DNA of 64,000 nucleotides from a virus (IMGVR_UViG_3300021962_009794), one strand, 5' to 3'; shown: positions 47,955-56,471, counted from the stretch's first letter. Translations and numbers: made by a program. The notes: generated by a model not told the origin, from the letters alone.

Positions 47955-48008
47955 ATTTACATTTTTTTAATACGAAATCAATGATTATATTTGTAATGTA
48001 AATCAAAT

Positions 48009-48088
48009 GGTCCTAGAGCTTAAACCGGCGTGGAAGTCGAGTCTGCCTCTAAAACAGATAGCATCGGGTTCAAATCCTGCTAGGATCA
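48009..48088 (+). tRNA. tRNA-like element with CUA triplet in an anticodon-loop-like context (possible amber-reading suppressor; non-canonical fold)
   Basis: Acceptor GGTCCTA/TAGGATC (one G-T wobble); T-loop TTCAAAT; internal stem GTCTG/CAGAT closing a C-T-CTA-A-A loop (positions 48047-48053, CTA at 48049-48051); the D-arm is overlong. Confidence 0.35.
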
Positions 48089-48111
48089 CGAAAAAGTTCT
48101 TTGAAAAATAT

Positions 48112-48182
48112 AGTCAGGTGGCGGAATTGGTAGACGCTAGTTATTTATACGAAAGTTACAGGTTCGAATCCTGTCCTGACTA
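48112..48182 (+). tRNA. tRNA-like element (Leu-type D arm, aberrant anticodon region)
   Basis: Acceptor AGTCAGG/CCTGACT; D-arm GCGG-AATTGGTAGA-CGC identical to a bacterial tRNA-Leu; T-arm ACAGG-TTCGAAT-CCTGT; region between D and T arms is only about 20 nt and has no 5-bp anticodon stem (only a small AC-GAAA-GT hairpin). Confidence 0.4.
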
Positions 48183-48422
48183 CACGGTTCGGTTCATCTC
48201 CGAATAGTATGCCCAATACGATGAGAAGTAGGATGATTACCTACATGGGACTTCTGATAGGGAAACGCTCTATCTGGTTTGACTAACCACGGAGAAGATC
48301 AAAGAGGCGTAAGAACAACGTACGTTTCATAAGTCTATTTCTAACTTTACAATAACCACTTACCAGTGGGAGTAAAGGACAGCCACGACACCTGCAAGTT
48401 GAATAAATTAGGGTGTTAATAC

Positions 48423-48506
48423 AGTCAGGTAGCGCACGGGTTAGCGCGTTGGTGAGCAATAAAAAGCAAAAGACAAAGGTAACAGGTTCGAGTCCTGTCC
48501 TGGCTA
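48423..48506 (+). tRNA. tRNA-like element (paralog of 48112..48182 with aberrant, extended anticodon region)
   Basis: Acceptor AGTCAGG/CCTGGCT; D-arm GCGC-ACGGGTTA-GCGC; T-arm ACAGG-TTCGAGT-CCTGT; a 33-nt A-rich stretch sits where the anticodon and variable arms should be. Confidence 0.4.
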
Positions 48507-48519
48507 CAAAAATAAAATT

Positions 48520-48984
48520 ATGAGGCAGTTAAAAATAGAATTGGAAGACATTTCACACATCACAGGATCGATATCTGACTATCAGTACTTACCTAACATT
48601 TTCACCCAACTAACAAGTGGAGAAGAAAGAGAAGGGTTAGTAAAATTTTGGAATGAGAAGGTGGTTAAAAGAGAAAAAGATACTTGGCTGAACCGACAAG
48701 AAATTAACTTTTGGCATGAAATCAATCTTCATGTGGTTAAACAAACTTGGGGTAATACCTCAGGAGGATGGCAAGGTATAGGAGGATCTGCAATGACTTC
48801 TACATATACCGTTATCATAGAGAATGATTGGTATGATTTTGCCTGCATTTATTATAATGGAAAGCTGGCTTACGTTTGTGAAATGGACGACAAATACAAA
48901 GAACATGTGACAAATGGATATAGAACTTTGCCAGGTTGCGGTAGCTGCAGAGAAAAATTGACAGTACTTTACAAGTCAAGATAA
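48520..48984 (+). CDS. hypothetical protein (154 aa; weak C-type-lectin-like WQGIGG...NGKLAYVCE pattern)
   Basis: ORF. Confidence 0.5.
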   Translation: MRQLKIELEDISHITGSISDYQYLPNIFTQLTSGEEREGLVKFWNEKVVKREKDTWLNRQEINFWHEINLHVVKQTWGNTSGGWQGIGGSAMTSTYTVIIENDWYDFACIYYNGKLAYVCEMDDKYKEHVTNGYRTLPGCGSCREKLTVLYKSR

Positions 48985-49034
48985 GAAGGAAATGAAACAT
49001 TTTTAAAAACAAATATATAATAAGCATGAACTAG

Positions 49035-49397
49035 ATTAAATTTCAACAACCGAAACTTGTCATCGTAACAAGACAAGACATCAACCCAGGTTACCAAGTG
49101 GTTCAGTCCACGCATTCAATCGCCGACTTTGCTTACGAGCATCCAGAAATATTCGGCAAATGGAAAGAAGAGTCAAACTCTATAATTTGTCTTTCCGCAA
49201 AATCACAAGAACACTTATTAAAACTTCATGAGAAATATTCTCATCTAACAGAGGCATCATTGTTTTTTGAGCCTGACGTAGACGAGTATACATCATTGTG
49301 CCTTTATGGATCGCCAGAGATTCGTAAAGGCCTTTCTCATTTGCCCCTATGTAATCCTAAAAATCAAATAAAAAAAGAAAGCTATGAAAACAAGTGA
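49035..49397 (+). CDS. PTH2-family peptidyl-tRNA hydrolase with uncertain start
   Basis: KLVIVTRQDINPGYQVVQSTHS...IICLSAKSQEHLLKL...SLCLYGSP aligns with the Pth2 fold. The first canonical start is a GTG at 49098, inside the conserved N-terminal strand. The in-frame ATG at 49026 is followed two codons later by an in-frame TAG (49032). Confidence 0.5.
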   Translation: MKFQQPKLVIVTRQDINPGYQVVQSTHSIADFAYEHPEIFGKWKEESNSIICLSAKSQEHLLKLHEKYSHLTEASLFFEPDVDEYTSLCLYGSPEIRKGLSHLPLCNPKNQIKKESYENK

Positions 49398-50013
49398 ATT
49401 TATTAAAATGCTACAAGAAGCAGATCCGAGTGGAGAAGCACACATCAGAATGGAAGGAGGTGTTCCCTTTGCAGCAGAACTCAAACCAGGATACTGGGAT
49501 GGCCCTTACAGTTACATCGACGAAGATGGAAATTGGAACTACAGCACACAGGGTAACAAAGTAGACATCCACTGCAAAGACGTTTATGATATGGTTTACG
49601 ATATGGTAGACGCCTATCGAATTCCTGAGTGGAAAGATGTTGAAGCAAAATTCAAATTCAGTCTGGGATATTCCATAGAATCACAGAGAAAGGAAAGAGA
49701 AAATGGGGTACTCAAAGAGGCTAAGGAAGCTTATGAATCTGCGGTTTCAAACGAAAGAAGATTTGAGACCGATGGCGAGGAGAGAGCTTCGACTAACTCA
49801 GATAAAGGATGGACATGGTTCCAAAATAAACTAGTAGATGACCCAGAGCTCAGACCGAACATGCACCATTATTATACCTGGAAAGTCTATGACGAGAATG
49901 GAAAGGATCAAGGGTCTAATCCACACAATGTCCAATCAGTTTACAAATCAGGACTTTTCGAAAAACACGACAATGGACTAATGGAAGGTTACTACCAATG
50001 GATTAAAAAATAA
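49384..50013 (+). CDS. hypothetical protein (209 aa)
   Basis: ORF. Confidence 0.55.
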   Translation: MKTSEFIKMLQEADPSGEAHIRMEGGVPFAAELKPGYWDGPYSYIDEDGNWNYSTQGNKVDIHCKDVYDMVYDMVDAYRIPEWKDVEAKFKFSLGYSIESQRKERENGVLKEAKEAYESAVSNERRFETDGEERASTNSDKGWTWFQNKLVDDPELRPNMHHYYTWKVYDENGKDQGSNPHNVQSVYKSGLFEKHDNGLMEGYYQWIKK

Positions 50014-50038
50014 TTAACAATAAAAATAAATAAAAATC

Positions 50039-50404
50039 ATGAAAACAAAAGAACAAATCAAACAAGAAATCGTTAACTATCTAACGAAAACATCAGAACA
50101 CACTTTCATTAAGCCGAAAGCAACTACCAAATGGATTAAAGAAGGTGTTTACTGTGAGTACGACTACAACGAGTTTAGTTACTTCAAAGTGATGGTACAG
50201 GATGGAGAATTTTTCTATCTAGAAAAGAGGGATAGGAATGACTACAAGCTGTATCCAATTAATATAGACAGCTCCATTAATTACTATGGTAACAATGCTA
50301 AGTGTGTCATTAGTCACAATCTTTTCTTAGATAAGAAAATGAAAAGTGTTAAGAGCAACTCATATCATCTAGGAGAAATAGAAAAGATAATGGAAGGCAT
50401 TTAA
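50039..50404 (+). CDS. hypothetical protein (121 aa)
   Basis: ORF. Confidence 0.5.
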   Translation: MKTKEQIKQEIVNYLTKTSEHTFIKPKATTKWIKEGVYCEYDYNEFSYFKVMVQDGEFFYLEKRDRNDYKLYPINIDSSINYYGNNAKCVISHNLFLDKKMKSVKSNSYHLGEIEKIMEGI

Positions 50405-50456
50405 AAAGCCTTCCTTTTATCCAGTTATCTCCGGGTCTATTCTTTATATTTGCCGA

Positions 50457-50993
50457 ATGAATAGGGCAGATAAAATAACGGATCTAATGTACGGATGCAA
50501 AGCTAATGATCCAAAAGCCCAAAGAGAACTATACGATCTACTTAGCCGAAAAATGGCAGCATACATTTCAAGATATGTAGATTCAAAAGAAGATGCTGAA
50601 GAAATAGTTAATACGGGATTCTGTAGGGTTTTTCGGAAAATACATCTTTATAGCGGAATAGGGGATTTCGAAGGATGGATTTCTGTTATAATAAAAAGAG
50701 CAGCCATAGATCATCTAAAGCGTAAACTGAAAGCAAGAGAATCGATGAATGTAGTGGAGTTAAAAGAATATGAAAACTTTAAGCATCCAGAAATCGGAGA
50801 TAGCGTGGATTACATCTATAAGAGTATGGAAGGACTACCCAAGAAAACAAAAAGAGTAATGGATCTTTTTATTAGAGGATTTAAGCACAGTGAGATTGGA
50901 GATATAATAGGGATTAGCGAGGGAACATCTAAGTGGCACGTTCACGAGGCCAAAAAGATTATGCTAGGTAGGATAACAAAAAAGGCGGGATAA
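50457..50993 (+). CDS. sigma-70-family (ECF-like) RNA polymerase sigma factor
   Basis: Region 2-like GFCRVFRKIHLY...GWISVIIKRAAIDHLKRK; region 4 HTH GFKHSEIGDIIGISEGTSKWHVHEAKKIM. Confidence 0.65.
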   Translation: MNRADKITDLMYGCKANDPKAQRELYDLLSRKMAAYISRYVDSKEDAEEIVNTGFCRVFRKIHLYSGIGDFEGWISVIIKRAAIDHLKRKLKARESMNVVELKEYENFKHPEIGDSVDYIYKSMEGLPKKTKRVMDLFIRGFKHSEIGDIIGISEGTSKWHVHEAKKIMLGRITKKAG

Positions 50994-51008
50994 CCCGCCT
51001 TTTTTTTA
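50984..51008. terminator. bidirectional rho-independent terminator
   Basis: ggcggg-ataa-cccgcc hairpin flanked by an A-run upstream and TTTTTTTTT downstream, between convergent genes. Confidence 0.7.
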
Positions 51009-51111
51009 GTTTTTACGTGACTTGATGAAGTCTAGTATAAAGAATACTGTTGCTGTCCAGCCCCAGACTATTGCAGGAGCCATTAGGATCGTTAAAAAAA
51101 TAGTGCTCATC

Positions 51112-52548
51112 TTACTTTTGATAATCTCTGATTACCACTTTGTTTACCTTCAAGTTAGGCGTTTGAATTCCGCCACTCTTATAAACAACAACATCATATT
51201 TGTCTGAAGTGTTAATCTCGTATTTGAAAACAGTCATTAGCTTACCGTCTTCGCTAACTGGATTACAACATCCTTTAAGACATGTTTTGTTTCTAGGGTC
51301 ACTATGGTTAGCACCAAAGAATGTCATAACACCTACGAAAGATTCGCTCTGCATGTCATATGGTTTACCTTCAGCGTGATTAACATAAACTTCATAGAAT
51401 CCGGTAGGATCTGTGTCGAATGTTGTGTAGATCTCTAAAAGAGTTTTTTGATGATTATACTTAGCAGGCTTATTTAAAGTGGCTACGTGAGTAGCAGCTT
51501 CTTTTAGAATTTTATTAGATGACTCAGAACCTATAATTTGTTTTGGTCCTATGTTAGCATCAGAAGCTTTTAAATTCTCCTTAACCTTTACGTCATCATA
51601 ATCATAGTCCATGTTGTAAACGATGGCTAATACCTCCTCCGGAGTGTAAACAACAGATTTACCATTCTCGTCGAAGAATTGATATTTCCATGGGTTGTCT
51701 TTTAACTGCTGTAGAGTAATCTTTTTACCGTTTGGAGAGTTTAACCATTGCTGAAACACTCTATCAATATTAGCGTGGTGAGCCCAGAAAATAGGATCGA
51801 AAGCTGCACTCGGTACTTCTGACATCATACCAAAATGAGAATTACGTTGATAGATCTTGTTGTAGTACCAAACAGATCCTGGATTGTTACCAGATCCGAT
51901 ATAGTTGTGCATTTGTCCGTGAATGTTCTGATCAAAGTAAGAATTGAATGTTTGGTAGTCAGTGATCTGCATCATCTTAGGATAAGTGCTCTGAATAACT
52001 CTTAATGTTCCGCCGCTGATTGGGTGACCGTTATTTAAAGAATCAAGTCTTGCTTCCTCGTATAAAGAACTGTTAACATCTCTCCATTTCTTAGGCATGA
52101 TCTTATCTCTCTTGTCGTAGTTAGTGTAACCCCAATAAGGTAATGCGAAATCAGATTTACCTGAAAGTTTTCTTACGATCTTTTCAAAATGCCAGATGTA
52201 TAATCTGTGCCAGATAAGGAAATTGATTTCTTCAGCACCACTGTGAGAGTGCGTGCACTCATCCCAAGCCATTTTTAATTCTGTCCAGTCGCTATATGAT
52301 TCACATAACTTATTAGAGTCGATATGTGAAGGAACCCAGTGAATAGCAGCTTGATAGTACCAGCTGGTTGGATCGTCACATCCTTTTAGTTTCATAACAG
52401 TCATTGCGCTATCAAGAGCTTCGATGTCAGCCAAAGCCTCAGACGAGTTGGCATTTTTTCTCACATATCTTAAATCGTTTTCGCTAGTAGTACACGAAGA
52501 TATGGCCGTGACTAATAGGGCAAATAGAATTACAATTTTTGTTTTCAT
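51112..52548 (-). CDS. secreted tyrosinase (type-3 copper polyphenol oxidase) lipoprotein
   Basis: Signal peptide plus lipobox MKTKIVILFALLVTAISSC; CuA site H...FLIWHRLYIWHFE; CuB site HGQMHNYIG...DPIFWAHHANIDR. Confidence 0.7.
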   Translation of the reverse strand: MKTKIVILFALLVTAISSCTTSENDLRYVRKNANSSEALADIEALDSAMTVMKLKGCDDPTSWYYQAAIHWVPSHIDSNKLCESYSDWTELKMAWDECTHSHSGAEEINFLIWHRLYIWHFEKIVRKLSGKSDFALPYWGYTNYDKRDKIMPKKWRDVNSSLYEEARLDSLNNGHPISGGTLRVIQSTYPKMMQITDYQTFNSYFDQNIHGQMHNYIGSGNNPGSVWYYNKIYQRNSHFGMMSEVPSAAFDPIFWAHHANIDRVFQQWLNSPNGKKITLQQLKDNPWKYQFFDENGKSVVYTPEEVLAIVYNMDYDYDDVKVKENLKASDANIGPKQIIGSESSNKILKEAATHVATLNKPAKYNHQKTLLEIYTTFDTDPTGFYEVYVNHAEGKPYDMQSESFVGVMTFFGANHSDPRNKTCLKGCCNPVSEDGKLMTVFKYEINTSDKYDVVVYKSGGIQTPNLKVNKVVIRDYQK

Positions 52549-52561
52549 TTTTTTGTTTTAT

Positions 52562-52960
52562 TTAGATTATTATTTTATCGTTTGTGGTCATAAAGTCCCT
52601 CTTTCTCATTATAGTCTTAAGGACCAGATCTAGTTCCCCGTTTCTGGGATCAAATTCAATAACGAAGGGAGTATTAAGATCAGTTCTCATATCCTGAAGT
52701 ACTGCCTCAGCATTTGGTGGCATTTGAGATATTCTTTTACCTGACTTCTCGTAAGCTCTTTTGAATAGGCCAATAAGCTCTTGCGGGGTAATTGGTTGTC
52801 TATTTCTTGGATCATTAACTCTTTCCCTGAAATGCTTACTAAATTCAACATCCAGTCCAAGCTCTTTGAATAGCCTATCTGCATAATCCTCTAAAATATC
52901 AAGCTCACTAGAAGTGATAGCCTCATTTAGTGAATTCCATTCGTTCCAATTGTGTATCAT
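52562..52960 (-). CDS. hypothetical protein (132 aa)
   Basis: ORF; TATATATC motif at 52977-52984 upstream. Confidence 0.55.
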   Translation of the reverse strand: MIHNWNEWNSLNEAITSSELDILEDYADRLFKELGLDVEFSKHFRERVNDPRNRQPITPQELIGLFKRAYEKSGKRISQMPPNAEAVLQDMRTDLNTPFVIEFDPRNGELDLVLKTIMRKRDFMTTNDKIII

Positions 52961-52976
52961 TAGATTTCTTTTTTTC

Positions 52977-52984
52977 TATATATC
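52977..52984 (-). promoter_or_regulatory. GATATATA-type promoter-like motif (minus orientation)
   Basis: 17 nt upstream of the minus-strand start at 52960. Confidence 0.35.
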
Positions 52985-53061
52985 ATGAAAAAATACCCCT
53001 TAAAATTTTTTTATCCCGTAATGTGATCGTATATTTGCATCATAATTTTAAATAATTAATT

Positions 53062-53469
53062 ATGTCTTACACAAAAAAGCCGGTTAACCCGAAAGCTCCG
53101 TCCAACAACGCTTTATGGACAAAGAAAGACGATGCAATTCTAAAAGAAATGGCATCCAACAAATCAACCACTGCTCAAATTGCAATTGCTTTAGGTCGAA
53201 CTAAGGCATCTGTTTGGGGACGTAAAAGTATGTTAGGAATCAAAGGTCGTTTGGCTTCTTCAAAAGGTCAAACCGTTGTTGCTCCTACCACTTTGACCTC
53301 AAACACTCGTAGAAGCCAAGAGGCAATGGTTAAGGTGAAGAATCCGAAACAAGTTAAGAGTGTTTCTGAACCTCGAGTAATCGATCAGAAGAGCATCTCA
53401 GCTGATTTTGCTACGTTGTCAGCATTAGCTAAACAAACAGGAGCTAAAATCGTTATCACTTTCGAATAA
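53062..53469 (+). CDS. GcrA-like HTH DNA-binding protein
   Basis: ALWTKKDDAILKEMASNKSTTAQIAIALGRTKASVWGRKSMLGI resembles the GcrA N-terminal domain. Confidence 0.45.
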   Translation: MSYTKKPVNPKAPSNNALWTKKDDAILKEMASNKSTTAQIAIALGRTKASVWGRKSMLGIKGRLASSKGQTVVAPTTLTSNTRRSQEAMVKVKNPKQVKSVSEPRVIDQKSISADFATLSALAKQTGAKIVITFE

Positions 53470-53494
53470 GGGATAACCACTAAAAATAAAAAAA

Positions 53495-53519
53495 GGCCTG
53501 ATCCCTCAGGCCTTTTTTT
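53495..53519. terminator. bidirectional rho-independent terminator
   Basis: A-run, ggcctga-tccc-tcaggcc hairpin, TTTTTTT; between convergent genes. Confidence 0.75.
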
Positions 53520-53535
53520 ATATGATCAAATTGTA

Positions 53536-54159
53536 TTATTGAAATTTGGTTGCTAGGTTAACTAGATTCTGAAAGTATCCCTTCCACTGAGGATCTAAGG
53601 CAACTAATTCTTGCATAGTAAATTTCTCAGGATTTCCTTTTAGATCAAGATCTTTACCGATTCTTTTATGAACGTTAAGGTAGCAATAATATCCAGATAG
53701 TGCCGGTGTAATAGTTTTCTTTGGCCCATTAACTTCGGCATTAAAATCCATATCAGCAAATGACTTATCCTTGGTAACATATCCAGCTATGAAAGCAGTT
53801 GGGAAATATCCAGTTTCTAATTGGGATTCTTCTTTTCTAACCGCGTTATTCCAAACACCTGCTCCTTTAGCCATACTCATGATCGAAAAGCAGCAATCAG
53901 CAAATCCCTCAAATTTAAAAGTTGATTTAGGAACCATACCGTAGTTAGGAACCTTCAAAGATTTACCAGCAAAGCTGGCTGCGAATTGTTTACAAGCTGC
54001 AAAATACTCAGAGTTCTTATCTCTATCGCTAGCTTCTTCGCCTTTAACCTTGGCTAAATAATCCTCAACCTCTACGCCTTTAGTTGCTTCGGGAGACTCT
54101 AGAGTCTCTGCGTTTGCGGCCTCGAAAATGTAGGATTCGAATAATTTAATACGTTTCAT
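53536..54159 (-). CDS. hypothetical protein with MKRIKLFESY propeptide-like N-terminus
   Basis: ORF 53536..54198 trimmed to the ATG that sits 19 nt downstream of the promoter motif at 54178-54185. Confidence 0.55.
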   Translation of the reverse strand: MKRIKLFESYIFEAANAETLESPEATKGVEVEDYLAKVKGEEASDRDKNSEYFAACKQFAASFAGKSLKVPNYGMVPKSTFKFEGFADCCFSIMSMAKGAGVWNNAVRKEESQLETGYFPTAFIAGYVTKDKSFADMDFNAEVNGPKKTITPALSGYYCYLNVHKRIGKDLDLKGNPEKFTMQELVALDPQWKGYFQNLVNLATKFQ

Positions 54160-54177
54160 TTTAATATGTTTTTTGTT

Positions 54178-54185
54178 TATATATC
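54178..54185 (-). promoter_or_regulatory. GATATATA-type promoter-like motif (minus orientation)
   Basis: 19 nt upstream of the minus-strand ATG at 54159. Confidence 0.35.
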
Positions 54186-55268
54186 TTAGTTGAACCATCC
54201 ACCTTGTAGACCCCTAGCCAGCTTGGAGAGATCTCTAATTCCAGTTCTTTTCAGTACGCCCTCTTTAGTATCAGGGTAAGCATCAAGTATGGTTATTTTA
54301 AGTGGATTGCTTTTAAAGTATGAATCAAGGATCTCGTTGCTCAATATTGTTGTGACCAAAGACCTCGCTTTATCATCATACCCCGGCTTAGCATCGTGAT
54401 TGGGTAATATGTTATATCCTCCGCCTACTTTGTAATATGTTTTGACACTACCTAATTCCAATACTTTAAGACATGTCTCAACATCAAAAGGTTTAATGTC
54501 AAAAAATCTTGTCATTAAATATTCAGCGCCGAAAGATAAATTCAGATCCTTTAAACTTTCCAATTCTGCGGTGCCTATATTAATCCCACCTTTAATACCT
54601 GCGGGGAATCCTTTTGTTGACTTTATACCTCCCCACACACTAATTTTTTTAACACTCGAAGGTGCAAAATCCTCTATGGAATAAATATCCCTCCCTATCA
54701 CATCAATGCTAAATTCTCCCTTTATTTTACCAAACTTGAATCCGATAGGATTATTGTCATTGTTGTAAATGTCTAGTTTAACCGCACCTTCGACGTCAAC
54801 TGAATTTGTATTGGGATTCCATTTCCAAGGGGCTTTAGTTGATTTGTTTATTAGGAGTATATCTTCTTTTGTCAAAGTTCCAGTTGCTTCTGGATTCATC
54901 CTCTTCATTTCCTTTGACCATCTATCCTTTAAATAATTAAAAAGATCCTCAAGGGTAAATGCGGTCTTATATTGCTTAATAAATCCAGAGCTTACACCCT
55001 TGTCCCTGATGTAACCCGACGATTGTAAAACAACTCCGCTTGGATACATGTATGGAACTTCTCTATTAACCACCATGATGGTACCATTTTTAGCCTGGAT
55101 AGGTGTGGTAACGTCTTCGAATCCCATTTCCTCGAGTTCTTTCCATAAATCCATCTCTTTCCAGTTTGTAGGCCATTTTGGATTTCCCTCCGCTTTAAAT
55201 TCTTCAGACAGAAGAATTCTCCTGTCAGAGGAATTTTGATATAGATCGTACTCAAGTATTCTTCTCAT
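54186..55268 (-). CDS. hypothetical protein (360 aa) with MRRILEYDLY propeptide-like N-terminus
   Basis: ORF. Confidence 0.55.
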   Translation of the reverse strand: MRRILEYDLYQNSSDRRILLSEEFKAEGNPKWPTNWKEMDLWKELEEMGFEDVTTPIQAKNGTIMVVNREVPYMYPSGVVLQSSGYIRDKGVSSGFIKQYKTAFTLEDLFNYLKDRWSKEMKRMNPEATGTLTKEDILLINKSTKAPWKWNPNTNSVDVEGAVKLDIYNNDNNPIGFKFGKIKGEFSIDVIGRDIYSIEDFAPSSVKKISVWGGIKSTKGFPAGIKGGINIGTAELESLKDLNLSFGAEYLMTRFFDIKPFDVETCLKVLELGSVKTYYKVGGGYNILPNHDAKPGYDDKARSLVTTILSNEILDSYFKSNPLKITILDAYPDTKEGVLKRTGIRDLSKLARGLQGGWFN

Positions 55269-56098
55269 TATAAATTGTTTCTGAATTCTTTAAATGTTCT
55301 GAAAGATTCTGATTCATTTGGCTTCTCGTCGGTGCTTAATTCTGTACCTTTCTCTTTCTCCCAATGGAATAGTGGTGTGTTCCAAGCAATCTCGAAAGTA
55401 TCCACTGCGTCTCTATATGATTCAGGGGATTCTTCGTTAGCGTCTCTTGTGTACTGCCAGCCCATGAAAAGCTCTTCAGGTACTTGGAATCCAAAGAATT
55501 CCAAAACCTTTCTTTGTGTGGTTAAGCTCTGATCAACCTGCCAGTTTTGACCTATCACAACCAAACCCGCCATTATATTCTCAACTGTGCTTTTCTCACC
55601 GAGTGTTGTGTGCATGTTTTCTATCCAGTCAAGTCTTTCTATGACCTTCTGGTAAATTGCATTAACGCTTCCCCATCTTTGTGATCCGAAGAATATGACT
55701 GCCTGGCTATCATAGATTGCGTTTGCTATCTTATAGAGTTCATCATCTTCGAAGTCATGTGAAGCCCAGCATCTAAGATGCCCGTGTGGGTTCTTTACAT
55801 CGTCTTTAACAGCAGATTCTTTAACGCCGCAGTTATTACCATGTACCTCACTAACACATCCTAAACAATTATGTATATTCAGTTTAGCAGCATCTATAAT
55901 CTCAACCTTAATATCACGTTGTTTTAGCTTATCTGCTAAGTTTCTAGCAAGCTGTGATGATTTTGGGCTCTCGCCAAATTTCTCGACGTAAGGGCTTCTG
56001 CTGGAGGTTGTAATAAAAGTCACCTTCTTGCATGGAGTAAGTTTCTCAATGAACCTCCTTACATCCTCTATCTCAAATCCGTATTTTACGTCTATCAT
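55268..56098 (-). CDS. hypothetical protein, possibly flavodoxin-fold
   Basis: VTFITTSSRSP...IIDAAKLNIHNCLGC resembles NAD(P)H-dependent FMN-reductase/flavodoxin-like proteins; weak. Confidence 0.5.
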   Translation of the reverse strand: MIDVKYGFEIEDVRRFIEKLTPCKKVTFITTSSRSPYVEKFGESPKSSQLARNLADKLKQRDIKVEIIDAAKLNIHNCLGCVSEVHGNNCGVKESAVKDDVKNPHGHLRCWASHDFEDDELYKIANAIYDSQAVIFFGSQRWGSVNAIYQKVIERLDWIENMHTTLGEKSTVENIMAGLVVIGQNWQVDQSLTTQRKVLEFFGFQVPEELFMGWQYTRDANEESPESYRDAVDTFEIAWNTPLFHWEKEKGTELSTDEKPNESESFRTFKEFRNNL

Positions 56099-56100
56099 AA

Positions 56101-56451
56101 TTAATATCTAGTTGGCATTCTATCGTTTCCGCCTCTTCCTTCTTGCATCTTAGCCATTACAAGACCAAATAAGAATGCGTTAAAAGCTTCGTAATGATCC
56201 GAAGCATAAATTACATTGTTATCTATTGCTACACCTGATTGTCCGTCTGGAGTGTGTCTAATTGATAAATTAGGGTACATTCTTTTAACATCAGCTTCAA
56301 GTCTTGCTCTCATAGCTTCCTGTTCTCTTGTTACTGGCTGCTCTTCATTAGATGGAACTGAAACATCAGATGTTTGTGTTCTCAATTGTGGAACGTTAGG
56401 CATCTCAGGAGATTCGTTTACAAAGCTTTCATACATTTTTATATTCAGCAT
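56101..56451 (-). CDS. hypothetical protein with MLNIKMYESF propeptide-like N-terminus
   Basis: ORF; promoter motif at 56472-56479. Confidence 0.5.
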   Translation of the reverse strand: MLNIKMYESFVNESPEMPNVPQLRTQTSDVSVPSNEEQPVTREQEAMRARLEADVKRMYPNLSIRHTPDGQSGVAIDNNVIYASDHYEAFNAFLFGLVMAKMQEGRGGNDRMPTRY

Positions 56452-56471
56452 GGTTATTCTTTTATTTGCTC

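Noticed and set aside
9495-49034. Genome-wide reassignment of TAG (amber) as a sense codon
   Set aside because: TAG is used as an ordinary stop with an immediately following start at several gene ends (for example 9495-9497 and 35556-35558). No other adjacent same-frame ORF pair separated by a single TAG was seen. Only the PTH2 locus is anomalous, so at most a local or conditional event.
51022-51207. 61-aa plus-strand ORF after the sigma-factor terminator
   Set aside because: It overlaps the 3' end of the convergent tyrosinase gene, starts inside a bidirectional terminator and is highly hydrophobic and low-complexity; probably not expressed.
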